From positions 265,605-329,604 of the forward strand of contig WGMK01000007.1 of the NCBI GenBank assembly GCA_016125095.1: a stretch of 64,000 nt of DNA. The letters run 5' to 3'. This DNA comes from Candidatus Hydrogenedens sp. (GTDB lineage: Bacteria; Hydrogenedentota; Hydrogenedentia; Hydrogenedentales; JAEUWI01). The notes beneath the pieces were generated by a model. It ran no database searches. It was given only the letters and a program-made list of their open reading frames with translations, and had not been told where the DNA came from. This document shows positions 10,801 through 19,221 of the stretch, piece by piece (positions within the stretch are counted from its first letter, which is position 1; every line of letters starts with the position of its first letter). The position numbers and the translations under genes were made by a program.

Positions 10801-12628
10801 GGGCCTGGCGCTGACCGATGCGGACAACAGTATTCAGGACATTTTGAACCAACCTTTGCGCAACCGGGACGAAACTGGCCTGGTACACACTGCAGCAACC
10901 CGGCCGCCGCGCATTGTGTCGCTCTCCGTGCTGGGCAATCCCGCACCGAACGCCCAGTCGGTATCCTTTGGAATCGAGCTGAGTGAACCGGTAACGGGAC
11001 TCACGCAATCGGATGTGACGCTCTTGTTCGATGGTTCGACGATCTTTTCGCCGGAGATTTCCGGCTTCGGCGGTAGTGGCAGCATGTATTGCGTCGCGGT
11101 CGACACGGGCATTGCGGACGGCATGCTGGGGCTCGCCGTAGATGGTGCTTCGCCCGCCATCGACAGCAGCGGGCTAGGGCTGCTGGCGGGGGCTTCAGAC
11201 GCCTCCCTGTTCGCGGTCGACACCATTGCGCCCGAGCCGCTCGAGGTCGCCTTGGTCGGCACCCCGCCTGCCAACGCGCAGACCGTCGATTTTCTGGTCA
11301 CGTATACGGAGCCGGTTATCGGGGTCGACACCGGCCAGTTCGAGGTGTATTTGGGGGGAACTACAGACGAGGCACCGAGTGTAGCCGCCGTGAATGGCAG
11401 CGGATCGGTCTGGACCGTGACCGTGGACCTGGGCGTCAGCGAAGGCGTGATTGATCTGTTGCTGGTCTCCGATGATTCGGTGACCGATTTGGCGGGCAAC
11501 ACACTGGCCTCGTTGACAAGCTCCGGCGAGGTTCATGCTGCCGACACCCGGCCACCGAGGCTGATTGCTGCAGAGGCCTTGGGAGACTCGCCGACGGCCG
11601 CGAGCACGGTGAAGTTTACCCTCGCGTTCAGCGAACCGGTGGGCCCGCTCGAGGGCACGCAGGACGAGCAGCTGCTCATCACGTCTCCCGGACTCACCTT
11701 GGGGGCGGTACAGACGCGCGCGGTGGGAGACTTGGCCCACTACGAGATCACCATCAGCGGTATTGAAGGGGCGGGGACGATTTCCTTAACCGCCCGCGAA
11801 ACCGGAACGGAAGGCGGGGGAACGCTGCTCGATACCAACGGCAACGGTTTGCCGGAGCCGGAGATTCCGCCTGCGAGCATTGTGGTGGATCGGCTGTCTC
11901 CGACGCCGGTATGCAGCGGCGCGACGGTCGCGCTGGATGAGAACGGCATGGCGACCTTGCTGCCGGAAGCAATCGACGCGGGCAGCAGCGATACCCTCAG
12001 CGCGGTCACGCTGGTATCGGTCGTGCCGGATTCGTTCAGCTGCGAGGATATCGGTATCCGGCCGGTGGTGTTGAACATCGCGGATGCGCTCGGCAACGCC
12101 GCGCACTGCACGGGATTCGTGCGCATCGCCGATCCGCTGGGTGCCTGCGTGGTAATTGTGGAAGGCGAAGGGGAAGGCGGGGGAGAAGGACGCCCGGAAG
12201 GAGAGGGCGACGGGAGCGTCGACGGCGAGGGTGGTGGTGAAGGGCTCCCCGGCGGAGAAGGAGAAGGAATACTTGACGGTGAAGGCGGCGGCGAGGGAGA
12301 CCCGTCGCTAGCCATTCACTCCGCCGACTGGAATGGCATTCCGGATCACCGTATCGACATCGTCGAACTCCTGCGGGTCATTCAGCTCTACAATGCGGGC
12401 GAGGCCGGGTTCTGCTGCGGCGAAGGCGAGACCGAAGACGGCTTTACCCTGGGTCCGTGCGAAAACTTCAGCTGCAGCGCCCACGCGGCAGACTACGAAG
12501 AGCCGTTTTGGGAAATCACCCTGACTGAGTTGCTTCGCGTGGTGCAGTTCTTCAATCTGGGGGGCTATTACCGCTGCCCGGAAGCCACGGAAGCCGACGG
12601 GTTCTGCGCGGGGCCGGCCGCCCCCTGA
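7823..12628 (+). CDS. Giant secreted multidomain protein: FGE-sulfatase-like domain, TSP3-type Ca-binding motif, >=5 tandem ~100-aa beta-sandwich repeats, Ig-like domain, EG-rich linker, dockerin-like C-terminal repeats
   Basis: The ORF runs 7793-12628. The likely start is M at 7823, followed by signal peptide MRCWIPIVLGIILVPAAWAGP. The FGE/SUMF1-like domain (about 9400-10205) has the motifs HPVTQVTWYGAAAYCNWL, GFRLPSEAEWEHAAGW, YDMAGNAAEWCADRY, RVVRGGAW and RIGFRIARS. A DTDTDGIEDWNEGNGDTDGDGMPDFLDFD Ca-binding stretch lies at about 8931-9020. Repeats of the form [VI]xSLxLxGxPPxNAxTVxFxVxFSEPVxG lie at about 10240-11720. The EGEGEGGGEG linker is at 12163-12300. The C-terminal repeats DWNGIPDHRIDIVELLRVIQLYN and TLTELLRVVQFFN are dockerin/EF-hand-like. 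Confidence 0.7.
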   Translation: MRCWIPIVLGIILVPAAWAGPLDGLTLQAELPAVQTNQATDLSIEPEGGLDPGWTYAWTSSSGALAADESEATFTASSLSGYVLIEVEVFDGANSLGILRTPLLIYTQLAIIKADDYVSYNGSVPAAWQAYFDVMNREYRLKHTVGVITECLNNYTFETGTNFTDGMQALHVSGLGEIWHHGLDHSGTIDEAKGAELSLAALPSPVWKASTITEFFGQPYAFQKAHLENGLTLSRDVLGFPMVTFGAPFGMSDSTTITVVDESADIANWYDGLSGTAKRLLPVDGVLVENPTGYPLLEQFNAIYDPEQPLIIMQVHPGYEEPAGVFPFSTRLPAWRTMLDTVLSNQTVFLTAAEYDALFDQGAFPLYPGRDTDTDGIEDWNEGNGDTDGDGMPDFLDFDSGGAGPRIQQLGVELVAAGQYEITFELADADTVHDIVVELDQGGGAGFEALIEISGDLTGLTSGNGYTIDWDTATELPGVELDYTSIRLTPVVSVPASPDRVPSDEATFTQGCTDCVSGDTIPSFQVRLSPYELGTYEVTNGEFADVLNYAHGEGYLTNPSGAAYAGGDVYFAGQRLYALSASGAQIAFSAGIFSPKTRDTLPMDGHPVTQVTWYGAAAYCNWLSEQAGLESNYDPDDLWRAAYPPANGFRLPSEAEWEHAAGWVDVDGAFGFPTSTDTLSTQQANYSSSNPLSLTNAPFTTPGGYYDGNNGTTDSPSPLGAYDMAGNAAEWCADRYDAYFEYSATDPIGSYTGPRRVVRGGAWADTDAACETTARESALGSTASNRIGFRIARSVRNGDRTTSGISIDNVPPQVTAMALESPVSESDLTMRFTVTFSEPVEGLVLGDFDLTANGIVVIPPALTSLEGSGDAYVLEATTGTMQGSIDLELIPSAAATDEGLNPIDAYTETAIATLNTLAPAVTSLELVGSPPDNADTLVFSVMFSGLVVAVVPDDFTLQLDGESGPVGPAITDVSGAGPVWLVTVAVNEFDGQLGLALTDADNSIQDILNQPLRNRDETGLVHTAATRPPRIVSLSVLGNPAPNAQSVSFGIELSEPVTGLTQSDVTLLFDGSTIFSPEISGFGGSGSMYCVAVDTGIADGMLGLAVDGASPAIDSSGLGLLAGASDASLFAVDTIAPEPLEVALVGTPPANAQTVDFLVTYTEPVIGVDTGQFEVYLGGTTDEAPSVAAVNGSGSVWTVTVDLGVSEGVIDLLLVSDDSVTDLAGNTLASLTSSGEVHAADTRPPRLIAAEALGDSPTAASTVKFTLAFSEPVGPLEGTQDEQLLITSPGLTLGAVQTRAVGDLAHYEITISGIEGAGTISLTARETGTEGGGTLLDTNGNGLPEPEIPPASIVVDRLSPTPVCSGATVALDENGMATLLPEAIDAGSSDTLSAVTLVSVVPDSFSCEDIGIRPVVLNIADALGNAAHCTGFVRIADPLGACVVIVEGEGEGGGEGRPEGEGDGSVDGEGGGEGLPGGEGEGILDGEGGGEGDPSLAIHSADWNGIPDHRIDIVELLRVIQLYNAGEAGFCCGEGETEDGFTLGPCENFSCSAHAADYEEPFWEITLTELLRVVQFFNLGGYYRCPEATEADGFCAGPAAP

Positions 12629-12716
12629 AACGCCGGGACGCCGCGGCGGTAGAACTAAAGGTAACTGGGGACCGTTGCGGCCCCACTACCCCCACGAATG
12701 AACAGGAGGTTTACTT

Positions 12717-13826
12717 ATGACTGTTCGCGTGACGCTCTTGCTCCCGCTCGCGTGTTTTGTGCTGCTGCAAAGCGGCTGCCTGTTTCAGGATGCCGACGGC
12801 GACGGCCTGCCGGACCTGCAAGAAACCTGCGTGGACCTGGATGGCGACAACGTGCCGAACTGCCAGGACTTGGACTCGGACAGCGACGGGGTGCCGGATG
12901 CTGTGGAGGGTGATGGCGATGTGGACGGAGATGGCCTCCCGGATTTCCTGGATGTCGACGATTCGCAGCCTCTGCAGCTGAATCTCGCTTGGGACGGGCG
13001 CTCGCGATATTACGAGCTGTACCTGCCCCCCGGCGTAGAGAAGGGCACCTCGGTACCGCTCCTGCTGGGCCTGCACGGCACCGGCCAGACATCGGAGCAA
13101 TTCCGGCATCAGGCGCGCATCAAGGTGTTCGCGGAAAGCACCGGTTTTATCGCGGCGTATCCCGAGGGGGTGGAACTGAACTGGAACGACGGGCGCGCCG
13201 TCAGTGGAATCACGGCCTACGATCAGAACGTCGACGACGTTGGCTTTCTGGCGGCGTTGATTGACGCGATAGCCCTGGATTTCCCGGTCGACACCTCGCG
13301 CGTCTACATCGCGGGCTTCTCCAACGGCAGCGTGATGGCGCAGCGGTTCGCCCTGGAGCGCCCGGAGAAAATCGCCGCCATCGCCTGTGTCGCTGGGCAA
13401 CTTGCCGAAAATCTGTTGGAATTGCCCGCGCCTGAAATGCCCACGCCGATTCTGATGGTGAACAGCCGCGACGACCGGGTGGTTCCCTTTGCGGGCGGCG
13501 AGGCCAGCCTGCTTGGCATGTCGCTCGGCAGATTCGCCTCAGTGCCCGAGAGTGTGGCGTATTGGGTGGGTGTGAACGGCGCGGCGGAAACGCCCGCGTC
13601 CATCGCCATCGACACGGCCGACTACGACAATTGCAGCGTGGTCCGGAAAATCTACGCGCCGGGTGCGAGTGGTGCAGGGGTCGTGCTGTATGAAATTACC
13701 GGCGCGGGGCACGCCTGGGCGGGCGGACTGCAACAGGTCGGCGCGCTCAGCACCCCGGTCTGCTACGACATCGACGCCACCGCCGCCGCCGTCCAGTTCT
13801 TCGGGCAATACCAGCGGGTGCAATAA
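12717..13826 (+). CDS. Secreted lipoprotein esterase, PHB-depolymerase/feruloyl-esterase family (alpha/beta hydrolase) with N-terminal TSP3-like Ca-binding repeats
   Basis: RBS aggagg upstream. Lipobox [15 protein letters not shown] / DSDSDGVPD / DGDGLPDF repeats. GLHGTGQT oxyanion region and nucleophile elbow GFSNGS, typical of the esterase/PHB depolymerase family. Confidence 0.7.
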   Translation: MTVRVTLLLPLACFVLLQSGCLFQDADGDGLPDLQETCVDLDGDNVPNCQDLDSDSDGVPDAVEGDGDVDGDGLPDFLDVDDSQPLQLNLAWDGRSRYYELYLPPGVEKGTSVPLLLGLHGTGQTSEQFRHQARIKVFAESTGFIAAYPEGVELNWNDGRAVSGITAYDQNVDDVGFLAALIDAIALDFPVDTSRVYIAGFSNGSVMAQRFALERPEKIAAIACVAGQLAENLLELPAPEMPTPILMVNSRDDRVVPFAGGEASLLGMSLGRFASVPESVAYWVGVNGAAETPASIAIDTADYDNCSVVRKIYAPGASGAGVVLYEITGAGHAWAGGLQQVGALSTPVCYDIDATAAAVQFFGQYQRVQ

Positions 13827-13893
13827 TTTGTACGATGAATGAGGTATCATGGGAACAAGATGTGATACTGCATTCTGAATCGAGGGTGCTGAC

Positions 13894-14067
13894 GTGAGAA
13901 ATGAGTTCACCGCCATCTTTGAAGAATCCGATGGGGAGTTTGTCGGGTATTGCCTCGAAGTCCCCGGAGCCAACGGACAGGGACGAACGAAAGAAGAGTG
14001 TCGTCAGAATCTTTCGGAGGCTATTGCATTGCTCTTGGAGATGACGCAGCCAACCGCCGCCCAATAG
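13894..14067 (+). CDS. HicB-like (UPF0150) antitoxin-family small protein, orphan (no hicA seen)
   Basis: 57-aa GTG-start ORF below the ORF-track size cutoff: VRNEFTAIFEESDGEFVGYCLEVPGANGQGRTKEECRQNLSEAIALLLEMTQPTAAQ. It matches the HicB N-domain pattern (V.Y.PE.PG..GQG.T.EEA..N..EAI.L.LE). Local GC is lower than its surroundings. Confidence 0.4.
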   Translation: MRNEFTAIFEESDGEFVGYCLEVPGANGQGRTKEECRQNLSEAIALLLEMTQPTAAQ

Positions 14068-14101
14068 AACCCTCTCCGGCTGCGCAGGTACAATCGGCGG
14101 C

Positions 14102-16069
14102 ATGTGCGGTATCTGCGGCAAAGTCCTTCATGCACCCGGCGCGCGGGTTTCCGAGCGCTCGGTTCAGGACATGGCGACGCTTATCGCGCATCGCGGACCG
14201 GACGACGAGGGTTTCCACTTCGATGGCGAGGCCGGGCTGGGCTTCCGGCGGCTGAGCATTATCGACGTTGCAGGCGGCCATCAGCCCATGTGCAACGAAG
14301 ACGGCCGCGTCTGGATTGTCTTCAACGGCGAGATTTACAACCACCGCGAACTCCGCGCTGAACTCATTGCCAAAGGGCACGAGTTCAAGACCCACTCGGA
14401 TACCGAGACCATTCTCCATCTGTACGAAGAAGCGGGGGAGGCCTGTCCGGAGCGGCTGCGCGGCATGTTCGCGTTTGCCATCTGGGACGCGCGGGATCGC
14501 AGTCTGTTCGTGGCGCGCGACCGCTTCGGCATCAAGCCCTTGTATTACCGGGCGACCGCGGAGACCTTCGCCTTCTGCTCCGAGCTGAAGCCGCTGCTCT
14601 ACGATGCCGAGACGACGCCAGACCTCGATCCCGTCGCGATTTCCGACTACTTCTCGTCCTACGTGTTCGGCGAGCGCACCATGTTCCAATCTATCCGCCG
14701 CCTGCTGCCGGCCCATTGGATGCGGGTACGCGGCGGCGAGGTGACCACCCGCCGGTATTGGCAGCCGGAGCTGGACGCCGAGGTAACGGGGCGGAGCGCC
14801 GGAGAGAACCTGGAGGCCCTGCGCGCACTGCTGCAGGAAGCGATGCGCGAGCACATGATGAGCGAGGTGCCACAGGGCGCGTACCTGAGCGGGGGCGTGG
14901 ATTCCAGCCTCATCACCATCCTGATGAACGAAGCCGGTGCGCACCCGGTCAAGACCTTTTGCAGTACCTTTCCGGGGGGCGGCGCATTCGACGAGAGCGG
15001 CTACGCGGCGAAAGTCGCGCGCGCGTTCAACACGGAGCACCACGAAATCCCCTGCCAGCCGGAACACATCGGGCTCCTGCCCAAAGTGCTGTGGCACCTG
15101 GAAGAACCCCTGGCCGACGCCCCGACCATCGCCCTGTATCAGCTTTGCCAGGAGGCCGCGAAGCAGGTGACCGTGGTGCATTGCGGCGATGGCGGCGACG
15201 AGGCCTTCGCAGGGTATACGCGCTACTACTGGGACCGCTTCGCCGGTGCCTACAACCGCGTGCCCGGCGCCATCCGGCACGGCATGCTGCCGCCGGTATG
15301 GCGCGCGCTGCAGGCCATGCCGGGTCCGCTGCGCAATCTCGGCCGCCGTGCGGAGAAGTTCAGCCGCTATTCCGATTTACCCGAGGCCGAGCGCTACATG
15401 AGCTGGTTCTGCGTGAATCCCGATAGCGCGAAGGCCGCCATGCTGACGCCCGAGTTCCAGGCGCTCTCCGGCGCGCACCGGTCGGCGGGCTTCTTCGAGA
15501 GGCTCTTCGCGGACGCCCGGGCCTGCGGCACCGACAACTTGGGTACCCTGCAATACTGCGACCTGCACAACTTCGTGCCGTACAGCCTCATGCTCAAGGG
15601 CGACAAGCTGACCATGGCCGCGAGCATCGAGGGGCGCTTTCTCTGGCTGGACCACCGGCTGGTAAATTTCGGCCTGAGCCTGCCGCCAGACCAGAAGATG
15701 CAGGGCCGCCACACCAAGGTGCCGCCGCGGAAGGTTTTCCAGTCCTACTGGAACGACCCCGATGTCTGGCGGCCCAAGCAGGGGTTCGGCGTGCCCATCG
15801 AGGACTGGTTCAAGGGTTCGCTCCGCGAGGAAATGGAAACGACCATCGAAGCCGCCCAGCGCGACGTCATGCAGGTCGTCCGGCCCGAGGCCATCCGCAC
15901 CATGGCGGACCAATTGATGGCCGGCGACCCGCACGTGTGGCCGCACCTGTGGAGCGTCTACGTCTTCTACACCTGGCGGAGGGTCTTCGAACATATCCGG
16001 CAGGACTGCGCCGAAATCATCCGCACCACCACCGATCCCTTCGCCCGGGCACGCGCGGAGGAGGGGTGA
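14102..16069 (+). CDS. asnB: Asparagine synthase (glutamine-hydrolysing) family amidotransferase; eps-locus AsnB paralog-like
   Basis: N-terminal nucleophile MCGICG. Class-II glutamine amidotransferase domain plus Asn_synthase domain (SGGVDSS PP-loop). 655 aa. Confidence 0.85.
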   Translation: MCGICGKVLHAPGARVSERSVQDMATLIAHRGPDDEGFHFDGEAGLGFRRLSIIDVAGGHQPMCNEDGRVWIVFNGEIYNHRELRAELIAKGHEFKTHSDTETILHLYEEAGEACPERLRGMFAFAIWDARDRSLFVARDRFGIKPLYYRATAETFAFCSELKPLLYDAETTPDLDPVAISDYFSSYVFGERTMFQSIRRLLPAHWMRVRGGEVTTRRYWQPELDAEVTGRSAGENLEALRALLQEAMREHMMSEVPQGAYLSGGVDSSLITILMNEAGAHPVKTFCSTFPGGGAFDESGYAAKVARAFNTEHHEIPCQPEHIGLLPKVLWHLEEPLADAPTIALYQLCQEAAKQVTVVHCGDGGDEAFAGYTRYYWDRFAGAYNRVPGAIRHGMLPPVWRALQAMPGPLRNLGRRAEKFSRYSDLPEAERYMSWFCVNPDSAKAAMLTPEFQALSGAHRSAGFFERLFADARACGTDNLGTLQYCDLHNFVPYSLMLKGDKLTMAASIEGRFLWLDHRLVNFGLSLPPDQKMQGRHTKVPPRKVFQSYWNDPDVWRPKQGFGVPIEDWFKGSLREEMETTIEAAQRDVMQVVRPEAIRTMADQLMAGDPHVWPHLWSVYVFYTWRRVFEHIRQDCAEIIRTTTDPFARARAEEG

Positions 16070-16333
16070 TTACAGGCCGCGATACGATTCGCCTCGATGC
16101 CGCACTCGAAGAATGACGATCACGATCGCCTCATCTTCGATTTCATAAAGAATCCGGTAGTCACCATCACGCACGCGGAAAACACCCTGTATGCCGGAGA
16201 GCTTCTTGCATCCCGACGGACGTGGCTCATCCGCGAGGCCTTCAATGCGGCACCGCACGGAGTCCCGCACATTGGCAGGCAGCTTTCTAAACTCCCGAAG
16301 TGCGGATGATTTCCACTCAATCCGATATCGCAC
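16070..16333 (-). CDS. RelE/ParE-family type II toxin
   Basis: 87 aa (MRYRIEWKSSALREFRKLPANVRDSVRCRIEGLADEPRPSGCKKLSG...YRILYEIEDEAIVIVILRVRHRGESY), the canonical RelE/ParE fold signature. It overlaps the upstream antitoxin gene by 17 nt. Local GC is lower than its surroundings. Confidence 0.75.
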   Translation of the reverse strand: MRYRIEWKSSALREFRKLPANVRDSVRCRIEGLADEPRPSGCKKLSGIQGVFRVRDGDYRILYEIEDEAIVIVILRVRHRGESYRGL

Positions 16334-16553
16334 CGCCCTCTTCCACGAGTTTCATGGCGGTGTCGTGCGGGATGGAGCGCTCGCCGCGTCGACGTATGAT
16401 CTCTGCGAGATCTGCCTGATCTTCCAACAAATCGGAGATGGCTTCGTACTCAGCGATCGTGAGTACAACGGCAACCCGCGCGCCGTTCTCATCGGTCAGG
16501 AATCGGGGTTTCAGCGAATGTGTATCCACAATCGACCTCCTTTGCCGAGGCAC
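16317..16553 (-). CDS. Type II antitoxin (RelB/Phd-YefM-like) partner of RelE/ParE toxin
   Basis: 78 aa, immediately upstream of and overlapping the toxin gene. Contains VAVVLTIAEYEAISDLLEDQADLAEII, typical of antitoxin dimerisation domains. Confidence 0.55.
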   Translation of the reverse strand: MPRQRRSIVDTHSLKPRFLTDENGARVAVVLTIAEYEAISDLLEDQADLAEIIRRRGERSIPHDTAMKLVEEGGAISD

Positions 16554-16595
16554 TCAGTGTAACACAAACCCCGAAACGCCAGGGTCAGCTACACA

Positions 16596-17558
16596 TCAGT
16601 CGATGACGTCGGGATTGCGGACTTCATTGTAGAAATCGACGAAGCTGCGGGATTCCTTGCCGGCCATGCGGTTGTCCATGAACTCCAGGCCGGTGCGCGG
16701 ATGCTGGTTGAGAATGCCATTGACCATGTAAGGCATCTGGTAGCCCCACTGCAGGTCGGCGTGCAGCTGGAGGAAATACTTCTCGATCAGGCCGAGCACG
16801 GGGGAAAGCTGGTACTTGGGGTTCTTCAAGAATCCCAGCAGCAGCTCGGTGGTGCAATTGCCGGCGGCGCGGCCCATGCCGAAGATGCTGCCGTCCACGT
16901 AGTTGATGCCCTTGATGATGCCCTCGATGGTATTGGCGAAGGCGAGCTGCTGGTTGTTGTGGCAGTGGATGCCCACCTGCTTGCCCTTGAGCAGCGTCGT
17001 GTACTTCTCGGCGAGGTATTGAATCTGCTCCGAGTAGAAATAGCCGAAGGAATCGACCAGGTACACCACTTCGAAATCGGTATCGGCCAGTTGCACCAGC
17101 GCCTCTTCCAGCTCCGGCTCGAGCACCGTCGAGGCGGCCATGATGTTCACAGAAATCTCGTAGCCGAGCGCCTTGATATGGTTGCCCAGGTGAATCGCTT
17201 TGTCCACGTCCTTGGCATAGGTTGCCACGCGGAACATGGAAATGATGGACTCCTCCGCCGGAAGGAAGTTGTCGTAGTCCGTGCGGCCCACATCCACCAT
17301 CACCGATATCTTGGTGTTGTCGTCCTTGAAGGCCACTTCGCGCAGGTCGGCTTCGTCGCAGAAGCGCCACGGGCCGTGCTTTTTCGTATCGAACTGCGCC
17401 TTGTCCGCGCGGTAGCCCAGCTCCACGTAGTCCACGCCCGCGGCCACCAGCCCGGCATACACGTCCTTCACCATCGCCTTGTCGAATTCCCAATTGTTCA
17501 TCAGGCCGCCGTCGCGGATGGTGCAGTCCAGAATCTTGATTTCAGGCCGGTACATGGT
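16596..17558 (-). CDS. HMGL-like / DRE-TIM metallolyase family aldolase (pyruvate carboxyltransferase domain)
   Basis: The likely start is M at 17558 (MYRPEIKILDCTIRDGGLMNN, the DRE-TIM N-terminal motif). HxH metal site GIHCHNNQQLAFANT. The ORF-track upstream extension to 17741 is probably non-coding. Confidence 0.6.
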   Translation of the reverse strand, partial: TMYRPEIKILDCTIRDGGLMNNWEFDKAMVKDVYAGLVAAGVDYVELGYRADKAQFDTKKHGPWRFCDEADLREVAFKDDNTKISVMVDVGRTDYDNFLPAEESIISMFRVATYAKDVDKAIHLGNHIKALGYEISVNIMAASTVLEPELEEALVQLADTDFEVVYLVDSFGYFYSEQIQYLAEKYTTLLKGKQVGIHCHNNQQLAFANTIEGIIKGINYVDGSIFGMGRAAGNCTTELLLGFLKNPKYQLSPVLGLIEKYFLQLHADLQWGYQMPYMVNGILNQHPRTGLEFMDNRMAGKESRSFVDFYNEVRNPDVID

Positions 17559-17730
17559 GCGGGTCTCCCTGCGGAAAATGGCAACAAAAGACGACGCGCC
17601 CGCCCAAGGCGCGCGGAAAGTGGGGGAGTATACCCGATGGACAGGCGCCGAGAAAAGCAGACCGCGAATACTGCCAAGGCCGCAGCAACCGATACCGGCA
17701 ATCGGAAAAATCCTGCTACACTCCCGCGCC

Positions 17731-19221
17731 ATGAATGCCATTTCAACGCTTACCGCCAGCCTGATCCTTGTGTGTCACGCCGCTGCCGCGCCGCCGGACT
17801 CCGTCTACATCGACCTTGGCGCGGTAAACGACGAGCGCGGCCTCTGGCTGGTGCGCGACAACGACGGCTGGAACGAGGCCGTGGTGCAGGATGGCGTCGA
17901 TTGCCGGCAGAACGACCTGTCACCGCATGGGCGCACAACGGGCACGTACCTCTATTTCCGAGTGTCGAACGAATGGGCGTATCACGGCAGCCGCCCCGAG
18001 GTGTGGCTGCGGGTCGAGTACTTCGACGGTCCGGCGGGGCAACCGCTCTATCTGGATTACGATGCGACAGGCGACGGGATTCCGGCACGATACAAGCGCC
18101 CGGAGCCCCTCCTCATGGCCGGTACCGGCACCTGGCGGGAGCACGTCTTCCACCTGGAAGACGCCTATTTCGGCGACCGCCAGAACAAGGGATGCGATTT
18201 CCGGTTCTCGTGCGGCGAAGGGCTGGCGTTTCAGATCAACCGTGTGTGGGTGAGCGAGACGGAAGCGGCATCGAATATCGTTCCCGCTGCGCATGCGCTC
18301 GAACTCCCGGCCGGAGTCGTACCGGCATCCGCCTTATTCGGCCGTGGCGATGCTACGTGGCCTCTTCTGCGTGGTTACAGCCCGCATCACTACGGCATCG
18401 TGTCCGACCTGGCCTACGACTACCGCCCGGTACTCGACCGGCTTGCGGGGCGCGGGATTAATCTCGTCCGCGCCATGCCGCTGAACGCTTACGACGTGCA
18501 ACCGTTTCTGCGAGACAGCGACGGCCGCTACGACCTGATGCGTATCGACCCGGCGTACCTCGAGCGCATCCGCGAGTTCACTGCCTATGCCAATGCCCGG
18601 GGACTGGCGGTGCAGTTTTCGGTGCTGGATCATTGTTCGTTGCGCCACGGCACGGTGAAAGACCGTTTCGCCTATGCGGAGGGAAACAATACCCAGGGTA
18701 TCGCCATCACGGATACAAACTTCGCGTCCTTCTGGAACCAGCCGGATGGCTCGGAGATGCAGGCCTACCGGGCCTGGATAGAAGCGCTGGTCGGTGCGAC
18801 GCGAGGCCAGAAGGTCATCTTCGAGGTCATGAACGAACCCTACGTCGACAGTCCCGACGTGCTGCCGTTCCACCGCGTGATGCTGGAAATGCTCCGGGAA
18901 GCGGGTGCGGGAAAGGTGTCGTTCAATGCCTGGAACGATGCCGATGCCAAGACCCTCGAGCCGCTCGCCGATTACATCGGCTGGCACGGCAACGGCTTCG
19001 AGGCGCACGACGGCTTCCCGCCGGAAAAGGTGCTGATCTCCACCGACACCGGAGCCTGGCACAGCAAGGCCGACGTGATCGAATGGGCGGCAGCCAGTTT
19101 CCATCACGGTTACAACTTCGAGCACATGGCGATGTCGGACGATGGCGACACTGGGGAGGCCGACACGGACTGGGAGTTCATCCGCATCCTCGGGCTATTA
19201 GCGTCTGTACCAGACGATTGA
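17731..19221 (+). CDS. Secreted GH5-like (clan GH-A TIM-barrel) glycoside hydrolase, putative
   Basis: Start at MNAISTLTASLILVCHAAAAP (signal peptide). GH-A acid/base-type motif IFEVMNEP and a TIM-barrel-like C-terminal half. There is an N-terminal beta-rich domain. Confidence 0.5.
   Translation: MNAISTLTASLILVCHAAAAPPDSVYIDLGAVNDERGLWLVRDNDGWNEAVVQDGVDCRQNDLSPHGRTTGTYLYFRVSNEWAYHGSRPEVWLRVEYFDGPAGQPLYLDYDATGDGIPARYKRPEPLLMAGTGTWREHVFHLEDAYFGDRQNKGCDFRFSCGEGLAFQINRVWVSETEAASNIVPAAHALELPAGVVPASALFGRGDATWPLLRGYSPHHYGIVSDLAYDYRPVLDRLAGRGINLVRAMPLNAYDVQPFLRDSDGRYDLMRIDPAYLERIREFTAYANARGLAVQFSVLDHCSLRHGTVKDRFAYAEGNNTQGIAITDTNFASFWNQPDGSEMQAYRAWIEALVGATRGQKVIFEVMNEPYVDSPDVLPFHRVMLEMLREAGAGKVSFNAWNDADAKTLEPLADYIGWHGNGFEAHDGFPPEKVLISTDTGAWHSKADVIEWAAASFHHGYNFEHMAMSDDGDTGEADTDWEFIRILGLLASVPDD

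Noticed and set aside
12163-12300. Repetitive GAAGG/GGCGA-rich DNA that might suggest a CRISPR-like or microsatellite array
   Set aside because: It is in frame within the giant CDS and encodes an EGEGEGGGEG low-complexity linker. No spacer/repeat periodicity is present.
8426-12315. Several long minus-strand ORFs (8426-9799, 10834-11502, 11740-12315 and others) inside the giant gene
   Set aside because: They lie entirely antisense to the 1600-aa multidomain CDS. They are Pro/Ser/Arg-rich low-complexity translations, including the antisense of the EGEG linker reading PSPSPP.
12629-12716. Imperfect hairpin ggggaccgttgcggcccc after the giant gene as a terminator
   Set aside because: The stem has mismatches and is not followed by a T-tract. 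It may be a weak attenuator at best, and the next gene has its own RBS only ~40 nt further on.
17559-17741. N-terminal 61-aa extension of the aldolase ORF (MAFMARECSRIF...)
   Set aside because: The conserved DRE-TIM N-terminus MYRPEIKILDCTIRDGG starts at the internal Met (17558). The extension has no signal or TM logic and would invade the divergent promoter region.
16701-18461. 586-aa plus-strand ORF spanning the aldolase and the GH5-like gene
   Set aside because: It is antisense to the HMGL-like aldolase and out of frame with the GH5-like gene. The product is Arg/Gly/His-rich with no motifs.
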